From the human T2T-CHM13v2.0 reference genome, Homo sapiens: a stretch of 64,000 nt of DNA. A model generated the notes under the pieces. The model was not told where the DNA came from and did not search any database. It saw only the letters and a program-made list of their open reading frames with translations. Positions 49,411 through 63,289 of the stretch are shown in pieces. Position 1 is the stretch's first letter. The number at the start of each line of letters is the position of its first letter. Location: the NCBI RefSeq assembly GCF_009914755.1, contig NC_060925.1. One strand, 5' to 3'. The position numbers and the translations under genes are program-made.

Positions 49411-51412
49411 TTTTGGCCAGGATGCAAAGTGGCAGCAGAGTTCACTTGTCACATCCTTTCGGCCGCCACTTAATTCCACGTATGTTCCAGCTCCTCAAGT
49501 CTACAGAGACTGCCTTGGAGAAAAATACCAACTCAGATCAACTCATGACCCACCTAGTTCAATGCCTGACCCAGTAAATGACTGCCTGTGGCCCCCACCA
49601 GAGGCCCTGGTTGTACTTCTGCTATCTGAGAAACCATGGCACACTGCTACTTTAACCCTCATGTTCAATCTGAATAATAGAAATAAGAGGAAGGTAGAAC
49701 TTTTTTTTAAGTCGCTGGCAAATTCTTTGGCAGGTGGTGAAAACTAATGTTATAGAAGAGGCCCAGTCTAAGTAAAAATTAGTAATTTTAATTATGAGCT
49801 TCAGAGCAAGGAAAATATAACACAACCATGAGTGGACAGGGGGCTGCTGTGGGTTAGAACACAGCCTGCTCAAGCACACATGCAGGTGGTAGAGAGGGAT
49901 GTCCTGCTGTTCTAGATGCTAAAAAAAAGAGACCAGCAAGACCCAAGGCACCAAGAGAAGACAGCTTTACACAAAGGAGAGAAGCAGAAGAGAGCTCTGG
50001 AGTAAGACAGGGACCCTGAGAATGAACTGGGGTGTTCACGAGGACACTCAGCTTGCTGGTGGTGTGAGCCAGGTTGAAGCAGCAGCCAGGTAGATACAAG
50101 ATAAAGGAAATAAGAGAAAGGAAACATACAGAAGCAGACTAAGAAGGGGTGATAACAAATATTAGAGCAGGTACCAATCTTATTCTACTGATAACTTTCT
50201 TTTTTAATCAGGAATATAGAGCTAGGTTGCTATGAATCAATTTATACTTTATGCTATTTTAGTAAAGAGGGCTCTGACTTTTTTTTAAAGCAGATGTGAT
50301 TTGATTATGTGCTAATCTCTGCCCAATTAATAGCATTATTCAGACTGTCTCCAAAGTGCATCAAAACAACTAGTTAAAAAGGAAGAATGAAGTCAAATCC
50401 ATTTTTGGCACCAGGTATATATGATAGGAGCATACCTGGAAACACAAGTTCGTAACCTCTTTGTGACATTCAAACCAACTTGTGTGTGTAGGCACAGCCC
50501 CCGAACAATGTGACAGCCAGATCAGATTTTCAAATCCAGTTTCTCCCAGACCCTTCATCCTCCACAGAGGCAAAAGAAGATTTGGTGGTAAAGTTTGTCT
50601 AATTATTGGCAAAAAATGTGGGAGTAAAAACCCACACCTCGATCCAAATGCTTCATCGCCCTTTCAAACAAGTTTTCTGAACAAAGAATCTTATAATGTG
50701 CAGCTGTACAAGGCAGAGGGGGTAAGAGCAATACAAAACTCACAAAACTATGGGCACTGCACACATGCACACACACGTGTGATGCATTAAACAAGCATGT
50801 ACACATACACAGAGCACACGGCATGTCAGGGCACGACTGTGCTAATGCAGGGTTTGGGGAAGAAGTTAAATCTAACCCTAGGAAATGAAATGTTTAAAAT
50901 TCCTTAATTTTAAAGGTTCTTGATATAATTGTTAATGAAATCACATGTGCCACAGCAAGATCATTATCATAACTATTACTGCTAATATTAATAACAAAAA
51001 CTGGTATTTGCATAACACTTTACATAAATTACATCACTGGTCTTTGAAAGGTATTTTGATAACATTTCAAACAAATAACCAAGGGACAGGGAACAAAAAG
51101 AACAAGGCTTTATATCAGGGGCTCCCAGGCTTTCTGTCACCAAGGACCTCCTCTATTCTTTTTCCTCTAAGGTTTCCTATTTTTAATGTTTTTGTCTCAT
51201 TGACAACCTTTATTAAAGAATTCTCCATTCCCCTATGTTTATTCATCAAAGAACAATCAGTATGCAATAATCCGCATTACCTCACTGAGCTAATATAATT
51301 CCACGAACTTGGTGTTTGAGTTACCCTCTGAAGCCTTATTATCAGTAAATCCATTTCAGTTCAGTTTTTAAATATACAGAACATTTCTTTAAGGTCTCCG
51401 CTACCTCCTTAA

Positions 51413-51735
<323 letters not shown>

Positions 51736-51974
51736 TCAAATAATTTTTTTTCCATTATTTTTAAATTCAGTATGTGCTAATAAAGGAAGAGTATTTAAAT
51801 TTTTTTAAAGAGAACTTGGAAGTCTCTTTAGTCAGACATCACAAAGCAATTATTTGAGGGCACACACACACAAGAAGGAAGGCAAACAACTAACAACTGC
51901 CAACACCATTGCCTCACCAGAAACACGTTCCATGAGCATGGCAAAGCCACCGCAAGGGCTATCCAGAAAATTAT

Positions 51975-52215
51975 GTGTGATGGCTCTGATGTCAATGTGC
52001 CTGGTGTCCCATCCTGGCTGTCACTTGTTAGCTAAATGCATGGAAAAGAATCTAAACTTCTCGGTGCCTCAATTTTTTTCACCTGGAACATAGGATCATA
52101 ATAGGCCGACTTGTTTAGAGCTATGTGGGACTTCTATGAGTAAATATACATAAAGAGCTTAACACAGTGCCTGACACATGACAAGTGAGCAATACATTTT
52201 AGCTATTACTATCAT
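51975..52215 (+). mobile_element. MIR SINE
   Basis: atcctggctgtcacttgttagct...taaacttctcggtgcctcaa...gagcttaacacagtgcctgacacatgacaagtg. Confidence 0.8.
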
Positions 52216-52429
52216 CATAAGTACCTAGTTGCAGGACCTGTGGCTGGTTCCTAACCTTTTTCAAGCCCACAAAAAGAAAATCTGAACATCCATGAAATCT
52301 GTTTTTGTTGAATCTCTTATTCCCAAAATTGTTAGAATGTGCATAGCTGCTTTGATCAAATCTGAAGTAGCATGCATAGAAGTTAGGGATGAAGGCTATG
52401 AAGGCAGAATTCCCTTGGTTCAATAAACT

Positions 52430-52615
52430 TCTCTAGCTTTTACTAGCTAAGAAGAGCTGGATATAACCTCGGGTTTATCCATCAGTTTCCCCATTGATAA
52501 ATGGGGATCATAACTAGCTCCTGGAGCAATGGAGATTTAATGAGATCATATATATAAAGTTATTAAGCACTTTATATAGTAAACCCCCTCCCTCTAAAAC
52601 ATTAGCTACCATGAT
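52430..52615 (+). mobile_element. MIR SINE fragment
   Basis: tcagtttccccattgataaatggggatcataa...gagatttaatgagatcatatatataaagt. Confidence 0.65.
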
Positions 52616-55489
52616 TACTATCTGTTAACATACGAAAGTAATATTTGCTGAATCTTGTCCCTCATGCAAAATATAACACTTTTGAAATCCAAATACATTT
52701 TCATTTACTAAGGCAAAGCACTTAGATAAACTGACCTTGAAATGCAAAGCTAAAAAAAAGTTGCTAGATAATTTGTTCATCTGTCTTTTCCCCTTGCACA
52801 CATTAACTGTGGCTTGATCTTGAACTATGTCAATATGCATCAACAGGGTCAACAGTTTTAACTAAGCTGTGTAGGTATTTCACTGGTTGCTTCAGTTAAA
52901 GGACTGATTAGTAATCAATTAGTAGCTGGTCAATTTAGTCAAAAGCATCAAACTAGTTCCCCACCCGCCCCTAATGTTTCTGTTATGTCCTAGGTCCTGC
53001 TAGAGGCCTATGGAGAGATGAAATTCATTGCAAAAGTGGTCATCCACCCCCTTGCTCCAGAGCTATCCCTAAGACTGTTCAGGTAGCTCACATGTCCAGT
53101 CCCTCCCCAGATCCCCTTCTGCCAAATTAAAATCTCTCCAAGTCAGAACTGACAGGGAGGGCCTTTTCCTTTCTTTAACCTGAAGCCTTGCTTCATGTTT
53201 CTATGGGAAAAACCAAACTCTACCTAAATAATAAAAAGTGGGAAAGTTTCCCCAGGCAGAGTGCCTCTTCCGCACCTTGATTAGCCAAGCAAAATGTAGA
53301 CATAAAATGCAATTGCTTTTTTTTCCCAGATGCTAAAAATGTCAGCCTTGATTTACCCCAACACTCTGACTGACTCACTGCAGACATAAATCCTTCACGC
53401 CCAATGCAATCATTTTTTGACCTGTTCAGTGGCGGAGAGAGGGAGGGCTTCACATTTATCTTCCTGGTGCCAGCACTGCGATCCCAATAACTTTTCCTTC
53501 ATCTTCCCCTTATAAGGAGCAAGAGCCAGAGAAGTAAAGGCAAAAACGTGCATGTTCATTATATTTTTTCTGAGATATGATGCAACAAGTGTTATTTTTT
53601 AAATGATTGAGAAGGAAGGGGAAGAGAAGAATAAAAAGTATTTTTATAGATCTATTTCCTCTCACCTGAAACACAACCTCACTTTGTCTCTGCTTCATCC
53701 ATGATTAGGAAAATGCAGGAGTACCTTCCATTTGGGAAACAGCTGTCTTTCTACTATAAGGAGAAACCTGGTGCTTTTCTGCCTGGTACTGTCCCAGCAC
53801 GGCACATGTGATATTCCTTGGATTGAGAGCAGAGTCATGATAATAGCCACTGCTGGTGGATGACCCAACACAGCCAGGTGGTCCATTGGTTTGGAAGTGT
53901 AGCCTCCAAAACTTTGGCATGTGAAGCACAACCCATTGAACAAACAGCTACCAGTTGGTTAATAGGAAAGACACAGGGTCTGACCTTGCGTCTGCCCCTT
54001 ACTGAGAGCAGCTTTGGGCCAATCACTTCTTTCTCCATAATTAGGTCCCTGAATCTTTAAAATGGGGCCATGCATGCCTGTCCCTCACCTCTTTCTTCAT
54101 AAGGACCTTGTATTTTTTAAATGCTTTGAGCTCTTCTGAAGCAGAGAGAGGTGCACATTTATAGTACTGTTTTTCCTGGTCTCCATGGTTATGAATCAGA
54201 AAAATGATGCCCATTTTTCCCCATAAGAAATGGTCTTTTCCCTTCCAAATTCACGAGGTGTGCAGAAGAGCCACTTCAACCTCCCACAGTGGCAGTGTGG
54301 CATTCTCCCTTCAGCCACTTGTCCATACCTCTCCCTGAGGATATCATGGCCACAAGTCCCTTTCCAAGGTACCACTTCTCTTTATTCCTGTCCCTTGCAA
54401 ATGAGGTTTTTTGATCATCTTCCCCTTGCATTATGTTTCTAGACTAGAAGTTTCTTAATGGTAGAGAGTGTATTCCTGTGACTGTCATATACTAGGTATG
54501 CAATATTGAGTTAATCAAATGGACTTTTGTCTTCCTGCAGCCTCAGTCATCTCACCCTTGGCAAAACAATCTTTCTAGAGCCAAATACTTGAGGGATCTC
54601 CCTTGGCACATAGCTTCCTGCATATCCTGACTCTCTTCTGGCTGTTCTCTTCCAACCTACAAAGATGTAAGGTGAATTTAATTCAGGACCACTGGAGAAG
54701 AGCAGAAGCAGATCCCTCCTATCTCTCCATGACCTCCTCAGCAAGCAGGCCATGTCCTCCAGCCCACTCCCTGTCCCACTGCCTGCCCATACATACTCCA
54801 GGAGAACAGTACCTGTTTACGGTCTCTTGGCTCTCTGGAGTGTGGAGTGCTCTCAGAGTTGAGAGGGGAAGACACTGGCATGCCATGAGCAGGACTGCCT
54901 TGGAGCCAACTCACAGCTGAGCTTCCTACCTGGTCTTCCAGGGAAGGTGGAGCTTCAAGAAGCTTGACCTCCTCATAGCACCAGCGTAAAGGGCAGTTAA
55001 CTGTTTGGGCATCAAAATAGGCATTGTGTGAGTTGTTGTGTATCCCCAGACCAACGTGACAATAGAAACAAATTATTCCTAAGGTTGGGAAAGGTGACTG
55101 AGACTCATCAATTTCAAGCATATCTCTATGGTTGGGGTAGCCCTAACCAAAGACCCCTGCCTCATGTAGAGTGGGAGAAAGCCTTTTAGCAGCTCTGTAG
55201 GCTTTAGCTCAAATAATACCCCCATCCAAGCTCCATTCTGCACATCGAAGAGAAAAGGAAATAACTTAACACCAGCACTTTAAACGTTATGAGAACTGTG
55301 TGATATGCCCTGCTAGCCAGCCTCTGGCCTTGGAATCCATACATTATTTAATGGGAAGGAAGACACACCTTAAATGAGCCATAACAATTGCTTAAGGGAG
55401 ATGGGAGTGGGGGGAGAGGAAGGATTGTGTGTGTATTTTTTTAATTTCTCAGACCATACCCATTAGTTTTGTTTCTTATTTAGGATACA

Positions 55490-55930
55490 GCAATAATCAT
55501 GCTAATATTTTACAGCCGGGCTTCACTCTTTAGTCATTACTTTAATCAAACCCATCAGCGAACGAAGGAACACGTTACCAGGTGGGAATAACTGCTACCG
55601 CTCGCTGTTAATTACTTTGCATTTTACAGCAATCAGCAGCAAGGGCTGAGATCATAATAAATTCATGACTTATGGGCCCATAAAATCATTACCGTAGGAA
55701 AATATGTTTTACCGGGGATTCGATGGGCCGCTGCTCAGACAGAGATTTCTTGAAGGAAATGACACCCATGAAATTAAACTGATCCTTGCAGTCAGCAGAA
55801 ATGTAAATGTACAAAGAGAGCAAAATTTTACCATGGGAGAAAGGGGCTGGCGGGAGCGGGACTGGGTGCTGGCTGAGTGTGGAGGGGGCATGGCCATGGG
55901 AGGGGCGGGGCCAATAGGTACCGCTGGGAA
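55490..55930. promoter_or_regulatory. Candidate conserved enhancer or promoter-like element
   Basis: Non-repetitive; about 14 CpGs in ~420 bp; homeodomain-type motifs; adjacent GC box and CCAAT at 55902-55915. Function inferred only. Confidence 0.5.
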
Positions 55931-56869
55931 GAGGATGCAGAAGGAAGAGGCTCCCAGGCAGGAAAAGCCTTTAGAGAGAGCAGGGAAGGAAAGAGGCTCA
56001 GTGGCCTGTGGGTGATTCAGAGGTCCAGACGTCTGGGAGAGCAGTCGTTTTACTATATCATAGTCTCTAACCTCTCCCAGCTTTAGTTATTTCAGCCAGC
56101 TTTTTCCCATTGCCTTGGGTACTGTGACTTAGGTGGTCTCAGAGGCCCTGAGGATGTTGATGTTAAAGGCACAGGGACAAGTCCATAAATCAGCCCTGCC
56201 AGAGTCCAAGAAGGGAGGGAGGTTCACTCCTGTGTTTTCCCCACTGTTTTCAAGCAACCTAAGTAGGCTTTTTGATGGATAGCTGCACTTCTTCACTGAG
56301 GCAACCCTGCCCCTGGCTTCCAACGCCCACTGCCACCCCACACACATCTCCAGCCTCCTTGTGTAGGTCTCTGTGTCCTTAAAGGCCATCTGTGGACTAT
56401 GGGAAATGCTCTCCAAGGAGAATACTTAAAACCCTGGTGTTTGTTTTATTGGGAGGTTTCTCTATCTTCAAATTTCTCCCGGGATGCATTCATGCCATTT
56501 GTTTAGAAGAAACTGTTTCCTTTTCCATTGCTTCTTCCAATTACACTAGACAAACACAGACCCTTATCTGGTGTTATTTAAGCATGAAATTATAACAGAT
56601 CCTTTTAAATGCTAAAGCACTAAAAATAAGTCATTTTATCAAGACACACCAGTTCTAGATCTAGTAGCTCATTAATTTCTGTAAATCAGACAAGATGAAA
56701 TTCAAACAAAATCTGAGAGCTTCCAGTGAAGGAGCATTCATTCTTTCTGAGATGATCACCATCCTTGTTCACCATGATCATTATTGTTCATGTTTCTAGG
56801 GGGTAGTGAGGGCTGTCCTCTCAACTTGGAAGACCATCCCAGCTGAGAGGAATCAGTGTCACCAGAAGG

Positions 56870-57070
56870 ACCACAAGGAGACAAACATGAGTTGGAATCC
56901 TTCTTTTACCACTTCCTAGTGGTGGGTCTTAGGGAATTTACTTAACTTCCTGGACCTCAGTTATATATCCTGTAAAACAGAGAAAATTATACCTACCTTT
57001 AAATAAAGAATTGCTGTGGAAATGAAATGAGCTTACTATTCACATGTAGCACAAAATAAAACACTAAGCA
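56870..57070 (+). mobile_element. MIR SINE
   Basis: ttggaatccttcttttaccacttcctag...ttacttaacttcctggacctcagtt...ctgtaaaacagag. Confidence 0.8.
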
Positions 57071-57999
57071 GGCTTTCTGATGAAGTTGATTCACTTATTT
57101 GAAATTCTCTCCTCCACCACACCCCAAGGTCAGGCAAGGCAAAATAGCCAGCCTCCTAAAGGAAGTCAGAGAGGCTGGGGAGCTGGCTAGCACGAGTTGG
57201 CCCCTGAGAACCTTGCACAGCAGCAGCCTGTTAAAAGAGATGATGAACGAATGGTGTGGGGTGTTTGGCCACATTCCCACCTGTCACCGTGACTTTCAGG
57301 AAAATGTACTGCACTTCTCGGTTCTTGGGAGATTCTGAGCCTCATATAAGCCTAATTTGCTCCAGAAGCAAGAGGCAGGGACAGAAGGCACCAGCCTCAC
57401 TGGGATCACCAGGCTATGATGTCAAATTTTCCCCATTATGGTCTCTTTCTCTTGCATTCACTTTTTTGAAACTGTGGATAATAAACGGAAGGAGGGAGCC
57501 CCCTTGTCATTATTTGCCCCATCATCCTGCCCCCTCCAACAAAGGGTTGGCCCCAGACATCATCTCACCGCAGCGGCAGTACTGGCAGCAAAGTTTAGCA
57601 AGGGAGCTTGCTCTCCATAAACTATTAACTGCTTTCACTGTCAATGAAAGCAAAACTGACCTGCCTCCCTTGCCTTGTTTCTTCCCCCAGCCCCCATCCC
57701 AGTTCACTACCTCAGCACTAGGGCAAGAGAAACAGCTGAGGAGCTCTGAACACAATTAATCATTTTTAAGCAACAAACCAACAAATGCAATAACCCACCA
57801 ACTTTTCATCTCTCAGGAGAGCAGAGTTTCAATATCATTTTGGATCACAAGTGAAATAAGTTAGATGGATGCTGACATTTTAGCCATGTCTGTGTCCTTG
57901 ATAAGTTGAATAAGCAAGCCCCTTACAATGAGATGAAATAAAATGAGGGGAGATTTAGGGGTGTATGGGGTTTTCCCCTCATTTAAAATTTCTGAAGCC

Positions 58000-58240
58000 A
58001 TGTTGGAGCAGTGGAAAGCAGAAAAGTACCAGAGTCAGCAAAGACAGGTTTCAATCCCAGCTCTGTCATGTACGAGTTCCTTGACTTTGGGCGAGTGCTT
58101 TAACCCCCCTGATCCTCAGTTTCCCCATCTGAATTATTGAGATTATGCATCTACCTTTCATGGTTGTTGTAAAAGATAAAATAATGTTTATAAAACATCT
58201 GTAACAGGGTAAATAGTCAACAAATGGTTGTGGTTATTAC
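58000..58240 (+). mobile_element. MIR SINE
   Basis: gagtcagcaaagacaggtttcaatcccagctctgtc...cctcagtttccccatctg. Confidence 0.85.
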
Positions 58241-58869
58241 TAGATTAGCACCTTGTTACTGAAAAACCTCCAAGGAGCTACTGTAATGAGTTTGAGTGAG
58301 GATTCTAACCTGTGTGATAAAACCCCAAAATGCTTTGTGCTACAAAACCCAAATACACAATGCCAGAATATCTATACCAGTTAGAATCCTTTGGCAACAC
58401 AAGTAGAATACACTTATTCTAGACAACTCCCATAGAAAATGATTGTGAAAATGAATAACAGTTAGCTTAGTCATTCAACTTTACATCTCAACTATCATTA
58501 GATGTCATTAGGAGGGATTTTAAAAGGGGATATCCTACCTTACCATTGTTGAGTGGATAAAGGAAAATTCAAGGCCAAGATAAAGACTAATTTAAGCTCC
58601 ATGTCTGAAGACACTTATGCTTTAAATATATCAAAACATCTGGACTCCCCAAAAATGTTTATTCATAAAACTTACATAATAGCACAGACTAATTATTCTT
58701 CAGATGTCTTACATATGTGCCAGTTTCTGTTTTCTATGTGCTGTAACATTTTATAGCAGATCAGTAAATACATAGGCTGATACTAATTTTTTAACAGAAA
58801 AAACTTTCAGTTATTGATATTAGTTTTGAGATGATGGTAATTTTTCCTTTGAATTAGGAAAGATAAATA

Positions 58870-59041
58870 ATGTTATCAGCACCTCTTAGGTGTCCTGCAC
58901 TGTTCTAGGCATTTACACACCTTATCACAATTGGTTCTAGCAACAACCTACAAGGTATGTAGATTTATTCCCATTTCATAAAGAAGGAAGTTGGGGTTCA
59001 GATTTATTGCTTAGGTCACCCAGCTAGAGATGGAGGTGGGC
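58870..59041 (-). mobile_element. MIR split by the L1PA8-like insertion (resumes at 62375-62415)
   Basis: ctagcaacaacctacaaggta...ttattcccatttcataaagaaggaag...aggtcacccagctag; after the L1, tttgaagccagatttatct. Confidence 0.75.
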
Positions 59042-62000
59042 ACCTGCTCCTGAATGACTACTGGGTAAATTATGAAATTAGGGCAAAAATAAGTTATTTG
59101 AAACCAATGAGAATAAAGACCCAAGGTACCAGAATCTCTGGGACACAGCTAAAGAAGTGTTTAGAGGGAAATTTATAGCACTAAATGCCCACATCAGAAA
59201 GTAGAAAAGATCCAAAACAGACACCCTAAAATCACAATTAAAAGAACTAGAGAAGCAAGAGCAAACAAACTCACAAGCTAGCAGAAGACAAGAAATAACT
59301 AAGATTAGAGCAGAATTGAAGGGGATAGAGACACTGAAAACCCTTAAAAAAAATCAATGAATCCAGGAGCTGGTTTTTTGAAAAGATTAACAAAATAGAT
59401 AGACCATGAGCCATACTAATAAAGAAGAAAAGGGTGAAGAATAAAATAGACACAATAAAAAATGATAAAGGGGAGATCACCACTGATCCCTCAGAAATAG
59501 AAAATACCATCAGAGAATACTATGAACACCTCTACATAAATAAACTAGAAAATCTAGAAGAAATGGATAAATTCCTGGACACATACACCTTCCCGAGACT
59601 AAACCAGGAAGAAGTCGAATCCCTGAATAGAGCAATAACAAGTTCTGAAATTGAGGCAGTAATTAATAGCCTACCAACCAAAAAGTGCCCAGGACCAGAT
59701 GGAGTCACAGCTGAATTCTACCAGAGGTAGAAAGAGGAGCTGGTACCATTCCTTCTGAAACTATTCCAAACAACACAAAAAGAGGGACTCCTCCCTAATT
59801 CAATTTATGAGGCCAGCATCATCCTGATACCAAAACCTAGCAGAGACACAACAGAAAAAGAAAATTTCAGGCCAATATCCCTGATGAACATCAATGAGAA
59901 AATCCTCAATAAAATACTGGCAAACTGAATCCAGCAGCACATCAGAAAGCTTATCCACCAGGATCAAGTCAGCTTCATCCCTAGGATGCAAGGCTGGTTC
60001 CACATACACAAATCAATAAATGTAATCCATCACATAAACAGAACCAATGACAAAAACTGCATGATTATCTCAATAGAGGCAGAAAGGGTCTTCAATAAAA
60101 TTCAACACCCTTTCATGCTAAAAACTCTCAATAAACTGGGTATTGATGGAATATATCTCAAAATAATAAGAGCTATTTATGACAAAACCATAGCCAATAT
60201 CATGCTGAATGGGCAAAAGCTGGAAGCATTCCCTTTGAAAACTGGCAAGACAAGGATGCCCTCTCTCACCTCTCCTATTCAACATAGTATTGGAAGTTCC
60301 GGCCAGGGAAATTGGGCAAGAGAAAGAAAGAAAGGGTATTCAAATAGGAAGAGAGGAAGTCGAATTGTCTCTGTTTGCAGATGACATGATTGTATATTTA
60401 GAAAACTCCATTGTCTCAGCCCAAAATCTCCTTAAGCTCATAAGCAACTTCAGCAAAGTCTCAGGATACAAACTCAATATGCAGAAATCACAAGCATTCC
60501 TATACACCAATAATAGAGACACAAATCATGAGTGAACTCCCATTCACAATTGCTACAAAGAAAATAAAATACCTAGGAATATGACTTTCAAGGGAGGTGA
60601 AGGACCTCTTCAAGGAGAACTGCAAACCACTGCTCAAGGAAATAAGAGAGGACACAAACAAATGGAAAAACATCCCATGCTCATGGATAGGAAGAATCAA
60701 TATTGTGAAAATGGCCATACAGCCCAAAGTAATTTATAGATTCAATGCTCTTCCCATCAAGCTACCATTGACTTTCTTCACAGAACTAGAAAAAACTACT
60801 TTAAATTTCATACGGAACCAAAAAAGAGCCTGTATAGCCAAGACAATCGTAAACAAAAAGAACAAAGCTGGAGGCATCATGCTACCTGATTTAAAACTAT
60901 ACTACAAGGCTACAGTGACCAAAACAGCATGGTAATGGTACCAAAACAGATATATAGACCAATGGAACAGAATAGAGTACTCAGAAATAACACCACACAT
61001 CTACAACCATCTGATCTTAGACAAATCTGACAAAACAAGAAATGGGGAAGGGATCCCTATTTAATAAATGGTGCTGGGAAAGCTGGCTAGCCATGTGCAG
61101 AAAATTGAAACTGGACCCCTTCCTTACACCTTATACAAAAATTAACTCAAGATGGATTAAAGACTTAAATGTTAGACCTAAAACTGTAAAAACCCTAGAA
61201 GAAAATCTAGGCAATACCATTCAGGACATAGGCATGGTCAAAGACTTCATGACTAAAACACCGAAAGCAATTGAAACAAAAGCCAAAATTGACAAATGGG
61301 ATCTAATTAAACTAAAGAGCTTCTGCACAGCAAAAGAAACTATCATCAGAGTGAACAGGCAACCTATAGAATGGGAGAAAATGTTTGCAATCTATCTGTC
61401 TGATAAAGATCTAATATAAAGAATCTACAAGGAACTTAAACAAATTTACAAGAAAAAAACAACCCCATCAAAGAGTGGACAAAGGATATGAATAGACATG
61501 TCTCAGAAGAAGACATTTATGCATCCAACAAACATATGAAAAAAGAAGTTCATCATCACTGGTCATTAGAGAAACGCAAATCAAAACCGTAATGAGATAC
61601 CATCTCACGCCAGTTAGAATGACGATCATTATAAAGTCAGGGAAAAACAGATACTAGAGAGGATGCAGAGAAATAGGAATGCTTTTACACTGTTGGTGGG
61701 AATGTAAATTAATTCAACCATTGTGGAAGACAGTGTGGTGATTCCTCATGGATCTAGAACCAGAGATACCATTTGACCCAGCAATCCCATTACTGGGTAT
61801 ATACCCAAAGGATTATAAATCATTCTACTTTAAAGACACATGCACACGTATGTTTATCACAGCACTATTTGCAATAGCAAAGGCTTGGAACCAACCCAAA
61901 TGCTTATCAATGATAGACTGGATAAAGAAAATGTGGCACATATAAACCATGGAATACTATGCAGCCATAAAAAAGAATGAGTTCATGTCCTTTGCAGGGA

Positions 62001-62357
62001 CATGGATGAAGCTGGAAACCATCATTCTCAGCAAACTAACACAGGAACAGAAAACCAAACAACACAGATTCTCACTCATAAGTGGGAGTTGAACAATGAG
62101 AACACATGGACACAGGGAGGGGAATATCACACACAGGGCCTATTGGGGGGCAGGGGGCAAGAGGAGGGATAGCATTAGGACAAATACCTAATGCATGTGG
62201 GGCTTAAAACCTAGATGATGGGTTGATGGGTGCAGCAAACCACCATGGCACATGTGTACCTGTGTAACAAATCTGCATGCTCTGTGTATGTATCCCAGAA
62301 CTTAAAGTATAATAATAAAAAAAGAAGAAATCACAAGATAAAAAATTAAAAAAAAAA
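59042..62357 (+). mobile_element. 5'-truncated L1 (~3.3 kb), L1PA8-like, ORF2 disrupted
   Basis: Begins in ORF2 after the EN domain; 3'UTR gcatgtggggcttaaaacctagatgatgggttg; perfect 17-bp TSD tagagatggaggtgggc at 59025-59041 and 62358-62374. Confidence 0.97.
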
Positions 62358-62437
62358 TAGAGATGGAGGTGGGCTTTGAAGCCAGATTTATCTAAAGATC
62401 AAACTGCCTTACTCCAGGGAAAAAGCTACATGGGGGC

Positions 62438-62558
62438 ATATGTGCCCTGGAAGGAAAACAAAAATATTGCTTGGGACATAATTATACTAAACAATTATTT
62501 GTTGCTTATCTGAAATTCAAATTTAACTGGGCACACTATATTTTATCTGGCAACCTTA
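62438..62558. mobile_element. MER53 (hAT) fragment
   Basis: aatattgcttgggacata...ttatctgaaattcaaatttaactgggc...attttatctggcaacctta. Confidence 0.8.
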
Positions 62559-63289
62559 TTTTATGTTTTGAAATTAGGTTTTGTATACCTTTTCCTATAT
62601 TTTTTATTTTTATTTCACTGTTCTTTTTGTTAAATTAAGTAAAAATGAATGCATAGTTCTTAATGTACAAAACACTAATGTGGTATTTCTCTGGCTTTGT
62701 TTTTTTTTTGTTACTGATCCTAAGCTCCAAAGCAGACCACACTGCTATCTCAGAGTCCAAAAAGGAAAAAACAAAGCTTTGCTCTCTTTTCTTGGAGACA
62801 GCTGTTTCATATTTCAAATACAATTTTTTAAAAATCAACTATTGTGACCTTTATATTTGAAAGGATCATTACTTATGTTGCCATTCATCAGGACTTTAAG
62901 GAGAGGATATTTGAGTCTCTACCCTGCTCACAAAATAAGGAGGTGATGATCAAAACCAAAGAGTTTTCAGTTTTGGACAAAATGGTGAACTAACACAGAC
63001 TGCTGGTTCCCCAAACTGAGCTTGGAGAAAATGACAGAGGAAGACATGAAATCCATGAAATATGAAATAATAACTTAAAAAGAAACTCTCCCCTAAAACT
63101 CCTATTGACGGTGGGGGAAGGGAAGGGATGATAGCAAACAGAATTGACTGTGAATTTGTGGCACTTGGGGCTTTCCATCCTAAGAGATACCCTCTTCAGT
63201 CTCCTTCAACTTGCCAGGACCAACAGACTACTGTTTGACCAGTGTCTCCTCATTACCAAACAGAGTAGCTGATATCCTTAAGAAAATCA

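Noticed and set aside
54541-54671. Possible exon (ttttgtcttcctgcag acceptor; gtaagg or gtgaat donor)
   Set aside because: Splice-like motifs only. There is no recognisable coding homology or partner exon, so it cannot be supported without transcript data.
57256-57759. 167-aa ORF in unique DNA
   Set aside because: Non-ATG start and no recognisable homology; the region looks regulatory rather than coding.
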